A stretch of 63,605 nucleotides of DNA, counting the filler. It is 5 parts of 5 records of this genome, joined end to end, with 100 filler letters (N's around TTAATTAATTAA, not from the genome) between each part and the next. Parts side by side here need not be neighbours in the genome. Positions count along the whole stretch, not along the records: positions 27,484 to 45,866 come from DRR723986_9907; 4 more parts are not named here. One strand, given 5' to 3'. The translations under genes were made by a program, and so were the position numbers. The notes below the pieces were generated by a model. The model was given only the letters and a program-made list of their open reading frames with translations, was not told where the DNA came from and did not search any database. Below, in pieces: positions 30,399-41,637 of this stretch. The number at the start of each line of letters is the position of its first letter. Position 1 is the first letter of the stretch.

Positions 30399-31100
30399 AT
30401 GAATCGATTTCTATTTCCGCGCTGGATCAACAAGTTCCTCGCCGTGTTCGGGCTATTGGCTCTCGCAGGCGGTGGTTATGCAGGTACGTTGTTGCTTGGG
30501 CTGACCGATGATGTGACGCTGAATCCTGGCTACATGCCGACTCAGCCGGTGCCCTTCAGTCACAAGATTCACGCTGGTGAATTGAAAATGGACTGTCGCT
30601 ATTGCCACGTAAACGTTGAGAAGGCGGCACACGCGTCCGTTCCTCCAACGGCAACGTGTATCAATTGTCACAGCCCCCTTGGCGAAGATGGTGGTGCTCC
30701 CGCTTTGTCGGCAGTGCATCCCGCCAGTGAAAAACTGCGTCCGATCCACGAGAGTTGGTTGGGTGGTGAAGGCGGAGAAAGCGTTCCGTGGAAGCGAATC
30801 CACCGATTGCCGGACTTCGTTTACTTCGACCACTCAGCTCACGTGACTCGCGGAGTCAGTTGTGTTAGCTGCCACGGTCGGATCGACACGATGGATAAGG
30901 TTTACCAGGCCAAAGAGCTTTCCATGGCTTGGTGCCTGGAGTGCCACAACAACCCCGAAGAGCATATTCGCCCTGTTGAGCACATTACGAAGCTTGATTG
31001 GGAGCCAGAGGATGGCAGGACTCGTGCTGAGATTGGCGCTGAGTTGATTGAGGAGAAGGGGATTCACCCTCGTAGCAACTGTGCAGTGTGCCACCGCTAA
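30399..31100 (+). CDS. actA: Alternative complex III pentaheme cytochrome c
   Basis: N-terminal TM; five CxxCH motifs (CRYCH, CINCH, CVSCH, CLECH, CAVCH); QPVPFSHKIH. Confidence 0.9.
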   Translation: MNRFLFPRWINKFLAVFGLLALAGGGYAGTLLLGLTDDVTLNPGYMPTQPVPFSHKIHAGELKMDCRYCHVNVEKAAHASVPPTATCINCHSPLGEDGGAPALSAVHPASEKLRPIHESWLGGEGGESVPWKRIHRLPDFVYFDHSAHVTRGVSCVSCHGRIDTMDKVYQAKELSMAWCLECHNNPEEHIRPVEHITKLDWEPEDGRTRAEIGAELIEEKGIHPRSNCAVCHR

Positions 31101-31184
31101 CGGCGTGTTTGTTCTCTCGGCGGCGAGCTGCATGGCTCGCGTAATGAAAATCATCTGAAACTAACTTTCAGGCAAAATACAACG

Positions 31185-34100
31185 ATGCAGTCCAAGCAAC
31201 TTCCTATTACGAATGCTCGCGAAGAGTCAGTTGGTAGCGGGCAAGATGGGTACTGGCGGTCGATTGATCAGCTCGACGGTAATCCTGAGTTTGAGCAGTT
31301 TCTGCATCGAGAGTTTCCTCAGGCCGCGTCCGAATTCCCCGAAGGGGTTTCGCGTCGTCGCTGGTTGAAGCTGATGAGCGCTTCGCTGGCCCTCGGTGGG
31401 GCCGCAGGCTGCCGCTACGGACCAAACGAGATTGCTTCGCAGGTTGTGCGAGCTCCCAATACGGTTCCTGGCGTACCAAAGCAATATGCGACCAATTTTG
31501 AACTGGCTGGTCGAGCGGTTCAGCTCCTGGTTAGCAACGTTGACGGGCGTCCAATTAAGGCTGATGGCAACCCAGATCATCCGCTGATGAAGGCAACAGA
31601 ACCCAGAGAGGTTGTTGCTGAGAAGAAGCGTTTCGCCAGCGCTGGAACCGATGTCTACTCGCAAGCCTGTGTGCTTGGGCTCTATGATCCCGACCGTGCA
31701 TCTGGTGTGAAGAAACGCGTTGATGGGGCGATGGCTGATTCTTCCTGGGAGGAGTTCGCTGAGTACCTGAAAGAGCAGGCACCATCGCTGGGCTCTGGAG
31801 CGAAGCTTGGCGTACTTATGTCACCATCGCTTTCGCCAACTGTCAATCGCCTAGTCGGTGCCATCGCAAAGGCTTTCCCTGAGGCGACGGTCGCCCAGTA
31901 CCAGTCGGTCGAGGATAGTTGTCAGCGCGAAGCTGCTACTGAAGCTGCTGGCAAGCCAGCCGAGCTGCACTTGAATCTCGGTGAAGCGAAGATCATCTGC
32001 TGCTTGGACAGTGACCTTCTTGGTAACGATCACAACATGGCCGTTTATTCGCGGCAATTCTCAAAGGGACGCGAGCCTGTCCCGGGCAAGATGAATCGTC
32101 TGTACGCAGTCGAATCTCGCTATTCGGTAACCGGCTCAAGCGCTGATTCGCGTCTCGCCGTGCGAAGCTCGCAGATCGGTGGCTTTCTAAATCTGCTCGA
32201 AGCTCGCGTTGATGAATTGCTCGCTGGTGGCTCTGCCGCAACTGCAACCGAAGACGAAGCTGCCTTTGATAAAATCGACGCAGCCGAGAAGCTAGAGCGT
32301 ATGGTTGACGCCATGGCTGAAGACTTGGTCGCAAACAAGGGGCATGGAGTAGTTTCGGTCGGTGGTCATCAGCCGCTCGACGTGCAGCTAGCCGCCATTC
32401 GGTTGAATAAGAAGCTCGAGAACATTGGCACGACAGTCAACTTGATGCCAAGCCGCGCGAGCATCGATGTTGAGATTGCCACGCTGTCCGGCCTCGTGTC
32501 CTCTATCGACAGCGGTAGTGTCGACAACGTGTGGGTCCTCGGGGACAACCCCGTTTACGCTGCGACCGGAGATTTGGATCTAAAGGCTTCGCTCGAAGGT
32601 CTCGACCACGTCGTTTACTTCGCCGAGTTTGAAGACGAGACCGCGAAGGTTTCTTCCTGGTCGTTGCCACTTGCGAATCCGCTGGAGAGCTGGGGTGATG
32701 TGCTTGCAGCGGACGGAACTTACGGTGTTTGTCAGCCACAGATCCTACCGTTGCTTGGTGGTAAGTCCGTCGTCGATATCTTGGCGATGATCGCGGGCGA
32801 AGAAAAAACCGCTGAAGAGTTGGTTCAAGAAACGGTTGCCAGCGTCCAGGGTGGCGGGCTGTCCAAGCGGCAGTGGCAGCAGGTTTTGCATGATGGATTT
32901 TTGCCAGAGTCGGCGGTTGAGCCGCTCGCGGACGTTTCCGTCAGCGACGATATCAAGCCGACCGGCACCGTCGATTTGGAAGGCATCGAGAACGGTAGTC
33001 TCGAAGTCGTCTTCACGACCAGCGACACGCTTTACGACGGTCGTTTTGCCAAGAATGTTTGGCTGCAGGAGTTGCCCCAAGCAATCACCAAGCTCGTGTG
33101 GGATAACGCGGCTTTGGTCAGTCCGACGACAGCCGAAAAGCTCAGCTTGAAGCAAGGCGACATGGTTAAGCTTGTTGCTGGTGGCGCTGAACTGCAAGTT
33201 CCAGTATTCCTGGTCCCTGGTCACGCGGCTGGTTCAATCTCAGTTGCTCTGGGGTATGGTCGGGTTTGCCGCGATGAGGCGGTCGACAGCGACGAGCAAG
33301 TCACTGTTGGTCAGGACGTTGCTCCACTGCGTTCATCTGAGTCGAAGTTTATCCTCACTGGTGTCGAGGCACGTGGGACCGGGCGTCCATACAAGCTTGC
33401 AACGACTCAAGATCACTTCGCCATCGACGAACTCGGCAAGACCGAAGTTGAGAAGAGGGCACCTCGATTGGTCCGTGAGGGCACGCTCGAGAAGATCGAG
33501 GAGTACGGTCAGGACTACGTTCAAGGCCTTGGTATTCACTCGCCGCCACTGAAATCGCTCTGGGATGAGCCGATTGACGCGTTCGAAAAGGACGAGTCGG
33601 TCGAGTACCAGTGGGGCATGACGATTGACTTGAACAAGTGCACGGGGTGTAACTCCTGTGTCGTAGCTTGCCAAAGCGAAAATAACATCAGTGTTGTTGG
33701 TAAAGAGCAGGTCAGTCGCGGCCGCGAAATGCACTGGATTCGCGTCGACCGTTACTACCGCGGTGAGCGTGATGCTCCGCAGATGGTGCACCAGCCGTTG
33801 GCTTGTGCTCACTGCGAGACAGCTCCTTGTGAGCAGGTTTGTCCAGTCGCGGCAACGGTTCACACCGAAGAGGGTATCAATGCGATGGCTTACAACCGTT
33901 GCATCGGAACTCGTTACTGTGCCAACAACTGCCCATACAAAGTTCGGCGATTCAACTACTTCAATTACACCACCGAATACGGCTACTTCTACGGCTGGCA
34001 GCAAAAGGGCAAGCTTGAGGAAGCAAGCCGCAAGCTCCAGCAATTGGTGCTTAATCCAGAAGTGTCGGTTCGCGGTCGTGGTGTGATGGAGAAGTGCACC

Positions 34101-34508
34101 TACTGCATCCAGCGTGTCCAAAACGGCAAGATCGAAGCTCGCCGAGAGGATCGTTCGATCGTCGATGGTGAAGTCCAATCGGCTTGTCAGGCAGCATGTC
34201 CGACTCAGGCGATCACATTCGGCAATATCAACGATGAGAATTCAGAAGTCACCAAGCTTCAGCACTCTCCTCGCGCTTACGACCTGTTGGCTGAGCTGAA
34301 CATCAAGCCTCGTACGCGTTACTTGGCACGAGTCCGCAATACGCATCCGCGTCTGCAGACAACCGATCAGAAGGCTGAGCCTAACCTGCACGATCACGGC
34401 GATCACGGTCACGATGACCACGGCGGAGATCATGGCAGTGACGACCACGGTGACTCACACGGATCCGACGATCACGCTGGTGACAACCACGCTGCAGAAG
34501 CACATTAG
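31185..34508 (+). CDS. actB: ACIII molybdopterin-oxidoreductase-like / Fe-S subunit
   Basis: YWRS..EF..REFP, Tat SRRRWLK plus AAGC; ferredoxin motifs CTGCNSCVVAC, CAHCETAPCEQVCP, CIGTRYCANNCP, CTYC; His-rich tail. Confidence 0.92.
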   Translation: MQSKQLPITNAREESVGSGQDGYWRSIDQLDGNPEFEQFLHREFPQAASEFPEGVSRRRWLKLMSASLALGGAAGCRYGPNEIASQVVRAPNTVPGVPKQYATNFELAGRAVQLLVSNVDGRPIKADGNPDHPLMKATEPREVVAEKKRFASAGTDVYSQACVLGLYDPDRASGVKKRVDGAMADSSWEEFAEYLKEQAPSLGSGAKLGVLMSPSLSPTVNRLVGAIAKAFPEATVAQYQSVEDSCQREAATEAAGKPAELHLNLGEAKIICCLDSDLLGNDHNMAVYSRQFSKGREPVPGKMNRLYAVESRYSVTGSSADSRLAVRSSQIGGFLNLLEARVDELLAGGSAATATEDEAAFDKIDAAEKLERMVDAMAEDLVANKGHGVVSVGGHQPLDVQLAAIRLNKKLENIGTTVNLMPSRASIDVEIATLSGLVSSIDSGSVDNVWVLGDNPVYAATGDLDLKASLEGLDHVVYFAEFEDETAKVSSWSLPLANPLESWGDVLAADGTYGVCQPQILPLLGGKSVVDILAMIAGEEKTAEELVQETVASVQGGGLSKRQWQQVLHDGFLPESAVEPLADVSVSDDIKPTGTVDLEGIENGSLEVVFTTSDTLYDGRFAKNVWLQELPQAITKLVWDNAALVSPTTAEKLSLKQGDMVKLVAGGAELQVPVFLVPGHAAGSISVALGYGRVCRDEAVDSDEQVTVGQDVAPLRSSESKFILTGVEARGTGRPYKLATTQDHFAIDELGKTEVEKRAPRLVREGTLEKIEEYGQDYVQGLGIHSPPLKSLWDEPIDAFEKDESVEYQWGMTIDLNKCTGCNSCVVACQSENNISVVGKEQVSRGREMHWIRVDRYYRGERDAPQMVHQPLACAHCETAPCEQVCPVAATVHTEEGINAMAYNRCIGTRYCANNCPYKVRRFNYFNYTTEYGYFYGWQQKGKLEEASRKLQQLVLNPEVSVRGRGVMEKCTYCIQRVQNGKIEARREDRSIVDGEVQSACQAACPTQAITFGNINDENSEVTKLQHSPRAYDLLAELNIKPRTRYLARVRNTHPRLQTTDQKAEPNLHDHGDHGHDDHGGDHGSDDHGDSHGSDDHAGDNHAAEAH

Positions 34509-34611
34509 ATACACAGCCTAAAGTCAATTTCGATTTGCCGGCCGAATTCACTCTGCCAGCAAATCGGTGTTACGAAATCAATCCTAGTTCATTTTGAGTT
34601 TGGCACGGCCA

Positions 34612-36033
34612 ATGGCGAGCATAGCAAGTCCAGGCATCGATAATACGATCGACACTCCGGGTCGCCGTACCCCTTTGGTGACCGGGGATCAAACGTATTC
34701 AAGCGTGACGCACATGGTTTCGCGAATCAGCGAAGAAGCCCAGCCAATGATTTGGTGGATTTCTTTCGCGATCGCGTTTCCAACGTTGCTCATGTTCGGA
34801 GCATTGATTGGTTACCTGATCCTCACCGGTGTTGGGGTTTGGGGGAACATGTCGCCAGTCTTTTGGGGTTGGCCAATTGTCAACTTCGTTTTCTGGGTCG
34901 GTATCGGTCACGCCGGGACTCTGATTTCCGCGATTCTGTTCCTGTTCCGGCAAAACTGGCGTACGAGTATTAACCGTGCGGCAGAGGCGATGACAATCTT
35001 CGCCGTCATTTGTGCTGGTACATTCCCGGGCATTCACGTCGGTCGAGCTTGGTTGGCGTTTTGGTTGACGCCCTACCCTAGCCTGAACCTTTGGATGTGG
35101 CCTCAATTCCGCAGTCCGCTTTTGTGGGACGTTTTCGCGGTTGGGACCTACGCTTCGGTTTCGCTGGTCTTCTGGTACATGGGTATGATCCCTGACCTTG
35201 CGACCTTCCGAGATCGTTCCAAGAACAAATGGCGTCGGATGATCTACGGTATCCTTTGCCTTGGTTGGAGCGGTTCGTCGCGTCACTGGATGCGGTACGA
35301 AAAGGCCTATGGTCTGCTTGCTGCTCTTGCAACGCCACTGGTACTTTCCGTTCACACGGTTGTTAGTTTTGACTTTGCTGTTTCGCAGTTGCCTGGTTGG
35401 CACACGACGATCTTCCCGCCTTACTTTGTCGCCGGGGCGATTTTCAGTGGTTTCGGTATGGTGTTGACCCTGCTGATTCCAGTGCGAGCCATTTACAACT
35501 TGAAAGACCTGATTACCCCGCGTCACATGGACAACATGTGCAAGATTATTCTTGCGACCGGGTCGATGGTCGGTTTGGCTTACACGACTGAATTCTTCAT
35601 GGCTTGGTATAGCCAGAACCCTTACGAGTACTTCACGTTTGTGAACCGTGCCTTTGGTCCCTATTGGTGGGCTTACTGGGCCATGTTCTTGTGCAACGTG
35701 ATTTCACCGCAGTTGTTCTGGTTCCGGGTGTTCCGTACCAACACGATTTTGATGTGGATCGTCACGATCTTCGTCAACATTGGTATGTGGTTCGAGCGAT
35801 TTGTGATCACGGTGACGTCGCTCAGTCGAGATTTCTTGCCGTCCAGTTGGGGATATTTCTCGCCAACGTGGGTGGATATTTTGATGTTCGTGGGCAGTTT
35901 CGGACTGTTCACCACGCTGTTCTTGCTGTTCTGCCGTTACTTGCCGATCATCGCGATCAGCGAAGTTAAGGGCGTTATGAGTCAGCATGCTCACGCGGAG
36001 CATCGCCATGAGCACGGCGGTGATCACCACTAG
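34612..36033 (+). CDS. actC: ACIII NrfD-like quinol-binding subunit
   Basis: [49 protein letters not shown]. Confidence 0.92.
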   Translation: MASIASPGIDNTIDTPGRRTPLVTGDQTYSSVTHMVSRISEEAQPMIWWISFAIAFPTLLMFGALIGYLILTGVGVWGNMSPVFWGWPIVNFVFWVGIGHAGTLISAILFLFRQNWRTSINRAAEAMTIFAVICAGTFPGIHVGRAWLAFWLTPYPSLNLWMWPQFRSPLLWDVFAVGTYASVSLVFWYMGMIPDLATFRDRSKNKWRRMIYGILCLGWSGSSRHWMRYEKAYGLLAALATPLVLSVHTVVSFDFAVSQLPGWHTTIFPPYFVAGAIFSGFGMVLTLLIPVRAIYNLKDLITPRHMDNMCKIILATGSMVGLAYTTEFFMAWYSQNPYEYFTFVNRAFGPYWWAYWAMFLCNVISPQLFWFRVFRTNTILMWIVTIFVNIGMWFERFVITVTSLSRDFLPSSWGYFSPTWVDILMFVGSFGLFTTLFLLFCRYLPIIAISEVKGVMSQHAHAEHRHEHGGDHH

Positions 36034-36126
36034 TTGATCATTGGTTTGCGTCTATAAAGTCACTTGGGTTGGCCACAGGGCCACACGAAACCAAAGTAAG
36101 CATAGGTTTGAGGTCGAGCCTCCACG

Positions 36127-37629
36127 ATGAGTGAACATAAGCCTGTAAAGAAGTCTGCAGAACCGAAGGCCTTTGGCTGGGTGGCAGAATACGAAGACGA
36201 AAACCAGTTGCTCGATGCAGCTCGTAAAGTCCGAGATTCTGGCTACACCAAGACCGATGCGTTCACACCATTTCCGGTTCACGGAATTGATGAGGCATTG
36301 GGTATCAAGCCTACGGTCTTGCCATGGTTCACGTTGATCGCTGGTGCCACCGGGACCACAATCGCGTTGACGATGCAGATTTGGACCAACGCAATCGATT
36401 ACCCGTACATCATTTCGGGTAAGCCTTACGTATCGCTGCCTGCGTTCATTCCAGTTGCTTTTGAGCTGACTGTACTCTTCGCGGCGTTTACAACGGTCTT
36501 TGCGATGTTGGGCCTAAACGGCCTGCCGCGCTTCAGCAATCCGATCTTTACCAATCCAAAGTTTGACCGCGCCACCGACGACCGGTTTTTCTTGTGGGTT
36601 GATTCGCGAGATAAGTACTTCAATTCAGAAAAGGTCCACAGCCTGCTTTCTGATACCGGTGCGATTGGTGTCGACGAAGTCCGTGAGGACGATTCTTCCA
36701 CCGAGGTGCCACGCTTTTTGTACTTGGCTCTGTTCGCCTTGATTTTGGCAACATTGATTCCCGGTGCCATCGTGCTGAACATGCGAAACGCCAAGAGCGG
36801 TAGTTCGCGATTCCACGTCTTCTTCGACATGGACTTCCAGCCGAAGCGAAAGACGCAAACTCCGATCGGAACCGACATTTTCGAGAACGGTCGAGTGCAG
36901 CAACCTCCAGTACCTGGAACCATCGCTCGTGGTGACATCGGTGCTAACGACGAGTTCTTGCTTGGCTACACGCCGTCAGACGAAATGGCAATGTTGATTC
37001 CTGGCGACACCCGTATGGTCAGCTACCAAGAGGGAAGCTCGACCGAAGAGGAAGCTCAGGAAGGCGCAGACCAAAAGGAAACTGGCGAAGGCGAATCTGG
37101 CGATCAGGAAGCCGCTCAGCAGGAAGGTGACCCGGAGTCCACTAAAGCTGGTGACGCTGGCGAATCTGACGCGGAAACGGGCGAAGCAGACGCTGGCTCG
37201 GAGACGCAAGCAGAGACTGAAGATGGGGCAGAAGCAATGCCCGCTGACGGTGCCGGTGAACCCAATTACAACTGGGTTAAAGAGTTTCCGTTGGAAGTCA
37301 ATGATGAGCTCTATGCACTGGGTAAGAAGAAATTTGAACAGAACTGTGCCGTCTGCCATGGCTTTGGTGGGTACGGTGACGGCCTTGTTTCGCAGCGGGC
37401 GCAGAGCCTTGCACAAGGTTACTGGCTGCAACCAACCAGTTTGCACGAAGATCGAATTCAAAAACAAGACATTGGCCGCATCTATTACACCGTTGCTAAC
37501 GGCAAGGGGAAAATGGGCGGCTACAAGGCTTCCTTGACTCCGGAAGAACGTTGGGCAGTCGTGTTCTATGTACGAGCCCTGCAGCGAAGTCAAAATGCTT
37601 CCGAGGCGGATGCTCCCGGCAAGTTCTAG
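36127..37629 (+). CDS. Fused ACIII ActD (DUF3341)-ActE monoheme cytochrome c
   Basis: DAFTPFPVHG..FELTVLF (ActD), then DMDFQPK..PVPGTIARG, an acidic linker, CAVCH and GKMGGY (ActE). Confidence 0.85.
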   Translation: MSEHKPVKKSAEPKAFGWVAEYEDENQLLDAARKVRDSGYTKTDAFTPFPVHGIDEALGIKPTVLPWFTLIAGATGTTIALTMQIWTNAIDYPYIISGKPYVSLPAFIPVAFELTVLFAAFTTVFAMLGLNGLPRFSNPIFTNPKFDRATDDRFFLWVDSRDKYFNSEKVHSLLSDTGAIGVDEVREDDSSTEVPRFLYLALFALILATLIPGAIVLNMRNAKSGSSRFHVFFDMDFQPKRKTQTPIGTDIFENGRVQQPPVPGTIARGDIGANDEFLLGYTPSDEMAMLIPGDTRMVSYQEGSSTEEEAQEGADQKETGEGESGDQEAAQQEGDPESTKAGDAGESDAETGEADAGSETQAETEDGAEAMPADGAGEPNYNWVKEFPLEVNDELYALGKKKFEQNCAVCHGFGGYGDGLVSQRAQSLAQGYWLQPTSLHEDRIQKQDIGRIYYTVANGKGKMGGYKASLTPEERWAVVFYVRALQRSQNASEADAPGKF

Positions 37630-37686
37630 GCGGCAGACGCGCAGTTAACGAAAAATCACGCAGAGAATCGACTCAGGTAACTACCG

Positions 37687-38916
37687 ATGGCTTCCAATAT
37701 TCCCAACGACAACATCACGATGCCCGCCAGTTGGCGTAGCAAGGTGCCAGTCCTGTTTGGCGTCGGTGCAACTGGTTTGCTTGTGAGCATTGGTATCTTT
37801 GCTGCAAGCAATGGTGAGTCGGGCGTAATCAATGCATTTGCCCATTCTTACCTGGCGAACTACATGTTCTGCCTGAGTATTTGCCTCGGAGCGTTGTTCT
37901 TCGTCTTGGTGCAACATCTAACGCGAGCCGCGTGGAGTTCATCGATTCGGCGTCTGGCGGAACTGCTAGCGTTCACGATCCCCTGGTGGGCGCTGTTGTT
38001 CTTGCCGATTTTGGCAACCGTGTTGATGAAGCAGGATTACTTGTACGAGTGGGCGACCGGCTCCGATGATCTTTCCGCCCTGATCAAATCGAAGTTGGGC
38101 TATTTGAATCCAAGCTTCTTTGCGATTCGAGCTCTGGTTTACTTCGCGATTTTCATTGTTTGTGCACGCGTTTATTTCCTGATGAGTCGCAAGCAGGATG
38201 AATCGGGTGACACGGAGATCACTCTGAAGCTCCAGCGGTGGGCTGGTCCATGGATCATGCTTTTCGCCCTCGCACTGAACTTTGCCGCCTTCGACTGGAT
38301 GATGTCGACCGATGCTGCCTGGTTTAGCACGATTTACGGCGTTTACCTGTTCGCCGGAAGTATGCTCAGCTTCTTCGCCACGATGATCTTCCTGTGCCGC
38401 TCGCTTCAGAAGAGTGGGCGTATTGAGAAGCTCATCACCACCGAACACTTCCATGATATGTCCAAGTTCCAGTTTGGATTCATCGTTTTCTGGGGCTACA
38501 TCGCGTTTTCGCAGTTCCTGCTTTACTGGTACGGCAACATTCCGGAAGAAACGCTTTGGTACAAGCACCGAATGGAGCATAACTGGCAATACCTTGGGTT
38601 GTTGTTGATCGTTTTCCACTTTGCGATTCCATTTCTAGGAACCGTCTCGCGTCACGTTCGACGAAACCGCAGTCTGATGGGCTTCTGGGCTGTATTCATC
38701 CTGGTTGTTCACTGGTTGGACTTGATGTTCCTGATTATGCCAAATGTGAAAGATTCGTCCTTCGAGCCGATGTTGGTTCTCGGACACCTGACCTGCTGGG
38801 TGGGCATGGTATCGCTCTTTGCGGCCATATTCCTGATGCGGGTTGGTGAGACACCCGTTGTTGCCGTCAAGGATCCTTGGTTGCCAGAGGCATTGGCTTA
38901 CCAGGTTGGCCCGTAG
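37687..38916 (+). CDS. actF: ACIII membrane subunit ActF
   Basis: Multi-TM; DWMMS..WFSTIYG, EHFHDMSKF, FSQFLLYWYGNIPEE. Confidence 0.88.
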   Translation: MASNIPNDNITMPASWRSKVPVLFGVGATGLLVSIGIFAASNGESGVINAFAHSYLANYMFCLSICLGALFFVLVQHLTRAAWSSSIRRLAELLAFTIPWWALLFLPILATVLMKQDYLYEWATGSDDLSALIKSKLGYLNPSFFAIRALVYFAIFIVCARVYFLMSRKQDESGDTEITLKLQRWAGPWIMLFALALNFAAFDWMMSTDAAWFSTIYGVYLFAGSMLSFFATMIFLCRSLQKSGRIEKLITTEHFHDMSKFQFGFIVFWGYIAFSQFLLYWYGNIPEETLWYKHRMEHNWQYLGLLLIVFHFAIPFLGTVSRHVRRNRSLMGFWAVFILVVHWLDLMFLIMPNVKDSSFEPMLVLGHLTCWVGMVSLFAAIFLMRVGETPVVAVKDPWLPEALAYQVGP

Positions 38917-38971
38917 GTTGAATATCGAATCACGCTCGTTAACTAACTAGAACTAGTTGCAGATTGGTGCC

Positions 38972-39328
38972 ATGGCACGATACGACGATTTAAATACATC
39001 CGCGATTGCTTACGCGACCCTGATCAGCACGATTGTCTTCGTGATTGTGGTCCTGCTGGTAAGAGCGCTATGCTACTACTGGGTGGAAGGCGAAATCGAT
39101 CGCAAGCTGGTTGACGCCCACTATGTGTCGGCCGATGCGGAAATCAGTGATCAAAAGGCCCGAATCACCGGTTATGAAAAAGTAACCGAAGAGGTGCAGG
39201 AATCCGCTGGCGACGAAGAAGCCAGTGACGAGCCCAAGTCGATCGAGAAATTCCACATCCCCGTCGATGAGGCAAAGGCATTGCTGCTGGAAGAGCTGGC
39301 AGGAAGCGAAGACGAGCCTGAAGCCTAA
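38972..39328 (+). CDS. Small single-TM protein, ActG-like
   Basis: One TM helix and a C-terminal HIPVDEAK motif; sits between actF and SCO. Confidence 0.6.
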   Translation: MARYDDLNTSAIAYATLISTIVFVIVVLLVRALCYYWVEGEIDRKLVDAHYVSADAEISDQKARITGYEKVTEEVQESAGDEEASDEPKSIEKFHIPVDEAKALLLEELAGSEDEPEA

Positions 39329-39388
39329 GCCGCTTTCCTGAACCGTCCATTTAGAAGCACACAACGAATCGCTCGCATCCAAAACACG

Positions 39389-40330
39389 ATGAAATCCCAA
39401 CTCGCACTACTATTTGCCGCCTTGATGTGTCTAACGCACGTCCCGGCAGCACGTGCGCAGTTGTTGACCGACATACCTGCCGCTGCCAAGGGAATCGATG
39501 TCGAGGACCGCGTTGGCGAGTTTGTGCCGCTGGACTTGGTTTTCAGCGACGAGCGAGGAAATCGAGTTGGGCTTGGGAAGTTCTTTAAGAAGGGCAAGCC
39601 CATTGTCCTGACCTTGAACTACTCCGATTGTCCCGGACTTTGCATCGCACAGCTCGATAACTTGACGAGTCTTCTGCGTGAGCTGAACGGCGGTGGTATT
39701 GGTGAGAAGTTCGAAATCGTCACCGTCAGTATTGATCCAAGCGAGAAGCCAGATAAGGCGGCTCGAACGAAGTCGAAATACACGGGCATGCTACGAGGAA
39801 CCAAGGCCGAGGATGGCTGGCACTTCCTAACTGGCAAGCAGCGTGACATTGCCAAGCTCGCTGACGCTGTCGGTTTTCGCTACACCTATGACGCTGTCAA
39901 CAAACGTTACAACCATCCAGCGGCGACTTACTTCGTCAGTGAAGATGGCCGGATCTGCCGTTACCTATTGTCGTTAGGCGTCGAACCGGATCAGTTTAAG
40001 TTTGCACTCGCTGAAACTCGCCAAGGGAAACTTGCCCCTTCGCTGGCTGACGCGATCATCCAGTTTTGTTACCTGTACGATCCTGACGCGAATCGCTACT
40101 CGGCAGACGCGAGGCGATTGATGGCGTTTGGTGGCGCGGCATTTGTATTACTACTCGGTGCCTGTACTGCTCCGTTTTGGTTCACGAAAAAGCGAATGTC
40201 CAATGCTGAAGCTTCAGCTCAGGCCGCAGGCGAGTTGAAGAGTGACGCAGATGAGTCCAATCCCGACGACGGCAGTGGTACCGCAGTAAAGAGTGCGGCA
40301 GAGAGGCACAGTCCCGAAGTTGGGGACTGA
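39389..40330 (+). CDS. SCO-family copper chaperone
   Basis: YSDCPGLC (CxxxC), YNHPAA, C-terminal TM. Confidence 0.88.
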   Translation: MKSQLALLFAALMCLTHVPAARAQLLTDIPAAAKGIDVEDRVGEFVPLDLVFSDERGNRVGLGKFFKKGKPIVLTLNYSDCPGLCIAQLDNLTSLLRELNGGGIGEKFEIVTVSIDPSEKPDKAARTKSKYTGMLRGTKAEDGWHFLTGKQRDIAKLADAVGFRYTYDAVNKRYNHPAATYFVSEDGRICRYLLSLGVEPDQFKFALAETRQGKLAPSLADAIIQFCYLYDPDANRYSADARRLMAFGGAAFVLLLGACTAPFWFTKKRMSNAEASAQAAGELKSDADESNPDDGSGTAVKSAAERHSPEVGD

Positions 40331-40428
40331 AAATAGCAGTCTGTGTTCTAGAATGTTCACAGTTGCGGTTAAGCGACTAAACCAGTCACATTGAATCGAC
40401 GGTTCCCTTCGGACCTGAAGAGTTTGAA

Positions 40429-41547
40429 ATGCAATCACTTAGTTCTGTAATGTTGTTGGCTGACGAGAATGCAACATTTTGGTTTCCTCCAAAGGCATCG
40501 ACCTTTGCTGAGGAGACGGATGTATTCTTCATGTACATCATGTACATCTCGTTGTTTTTCTTTGTGCTGGTTGTCGGCGCGATGGTTTACTTCGTGCTGA
40601 AGTTCCGTCGTCGGCCCGGTTACAAGGGAGATTCGAGTGCACTGCACAACAACACCCTTGAGATCGCCTGGACGGTGATTCCAACTTTGATCGTATGCTG
40701 GATCTTTGCTCGTGGAGCCCACGGCTACCTCGACATGATGGAAGTTCCACCAGATACGTTGGACATCAATGTCACTGCTCAAATGTGGGATTGGTCTTTC
40801 CAGTATCCCAACGGTGCTCGCCACCCTGAGCTACACATCCCGAACAACACGCCGATTCGTCTGCGTATGCGTTCCAATGATGTTCTGCACTCGTTCTACG
40901 TTCCGGCTTTCCGAGCGAAAACGGACGTTGTGCCCGGTCGTGTGAATATCATGTGGTTCCAGCCCATCCTTGAGGGCAGTTACGACCTCTTCTGTGCTGA
41001 GTACTGTGGCGACCAACACAGCGAGATGATTAAGCGCAAGGGCGTCGTCGTTCACTCACCTGAAGACTACGAAAAGTGGGTGGCGGAGGCTGCGAAGCCG
41101 CCGGTCAATCCTCCGGCCCACGGTTACTGGCTGTACGAACGGATGGGGTGCAAGTCCTGCCATAGTTTGGAGGACGGTAAGAAAGTCGTCGGGCCAAGTT
41201 TCGCGAATTCCTACGGCACAACCTTCAAGAATTCGAAGGGTGCGGACGTCAAGTTTGATGAAAACTACATTCGTGAAAGTATCTTGAATCCGCAGGCACA
41301 ATACCGTGCCGGATACGAGACTGCCTCGCAAATGCCATCCTTCCAAGGCAAGCTGAAGGAAGACGAGCTGATAGCGCTTGAGGCGTTCCTGCAGGCTATG
41401 TCAGAACAAGAATTCATTGACGCCGTCGCTGACGGTGAACTATCCGATGACGACAAAATCAATCTTGGAATTGCCGACCCTGAAGAGGGGGAAGCTGAGT
41501 CCGAGGCTGATACTGAAAAAGAACCAGCAGAAGGCGAAGCTGGGTGA
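40429..41547 (+). CDS. coxB: Cytochrome c oxidase subunit II with fused cytochrome c (caa3-type)
   Basis: DVLHSF, CAEYCGDQHSEM (CuA), CKSCH heme site. Confidence 0.93.
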   Translation: MQSLSSVMLLADENATFWFPPKASTFAEETDVFFMYIMYISLFFFVLVVGAMVYFVLKFRRRPGYKGDSSALHNNTLEIAWTVIPTLIVCWIFARGAHGYLDMMEVPPDTLDINVTAQMWDWSFQYPNGARHPELHIPNNTPIRLRMRSNDVLHSFYVPAFRAKTDVVPGRVNIMWFQPILEGSYDLFCAEYCGDQHSEMIKRKGVVVHSPEDYEKWVAEAAKPPVNPPAHGYWLYERMGCKSCHSLEDGKKVVGPSFANSYGTTFKNSKGADVKFDENYIRESILNPQAQYRAGYETASQMPSFQGKLKEDELIALEAFLQAMSEQEFIDAVADGELSDDDKINLGIADPEEGEAESEADTEKEPAEGEAG

Positions 41548-41637
41548 TCGCCGAAACGGCGGCCATTGAACTCGCAAGAAAATGATTCAGCTCTACTTCG
41601 AGCTGGGTTTTAAACACAACGATTTGGGACGATAGCG

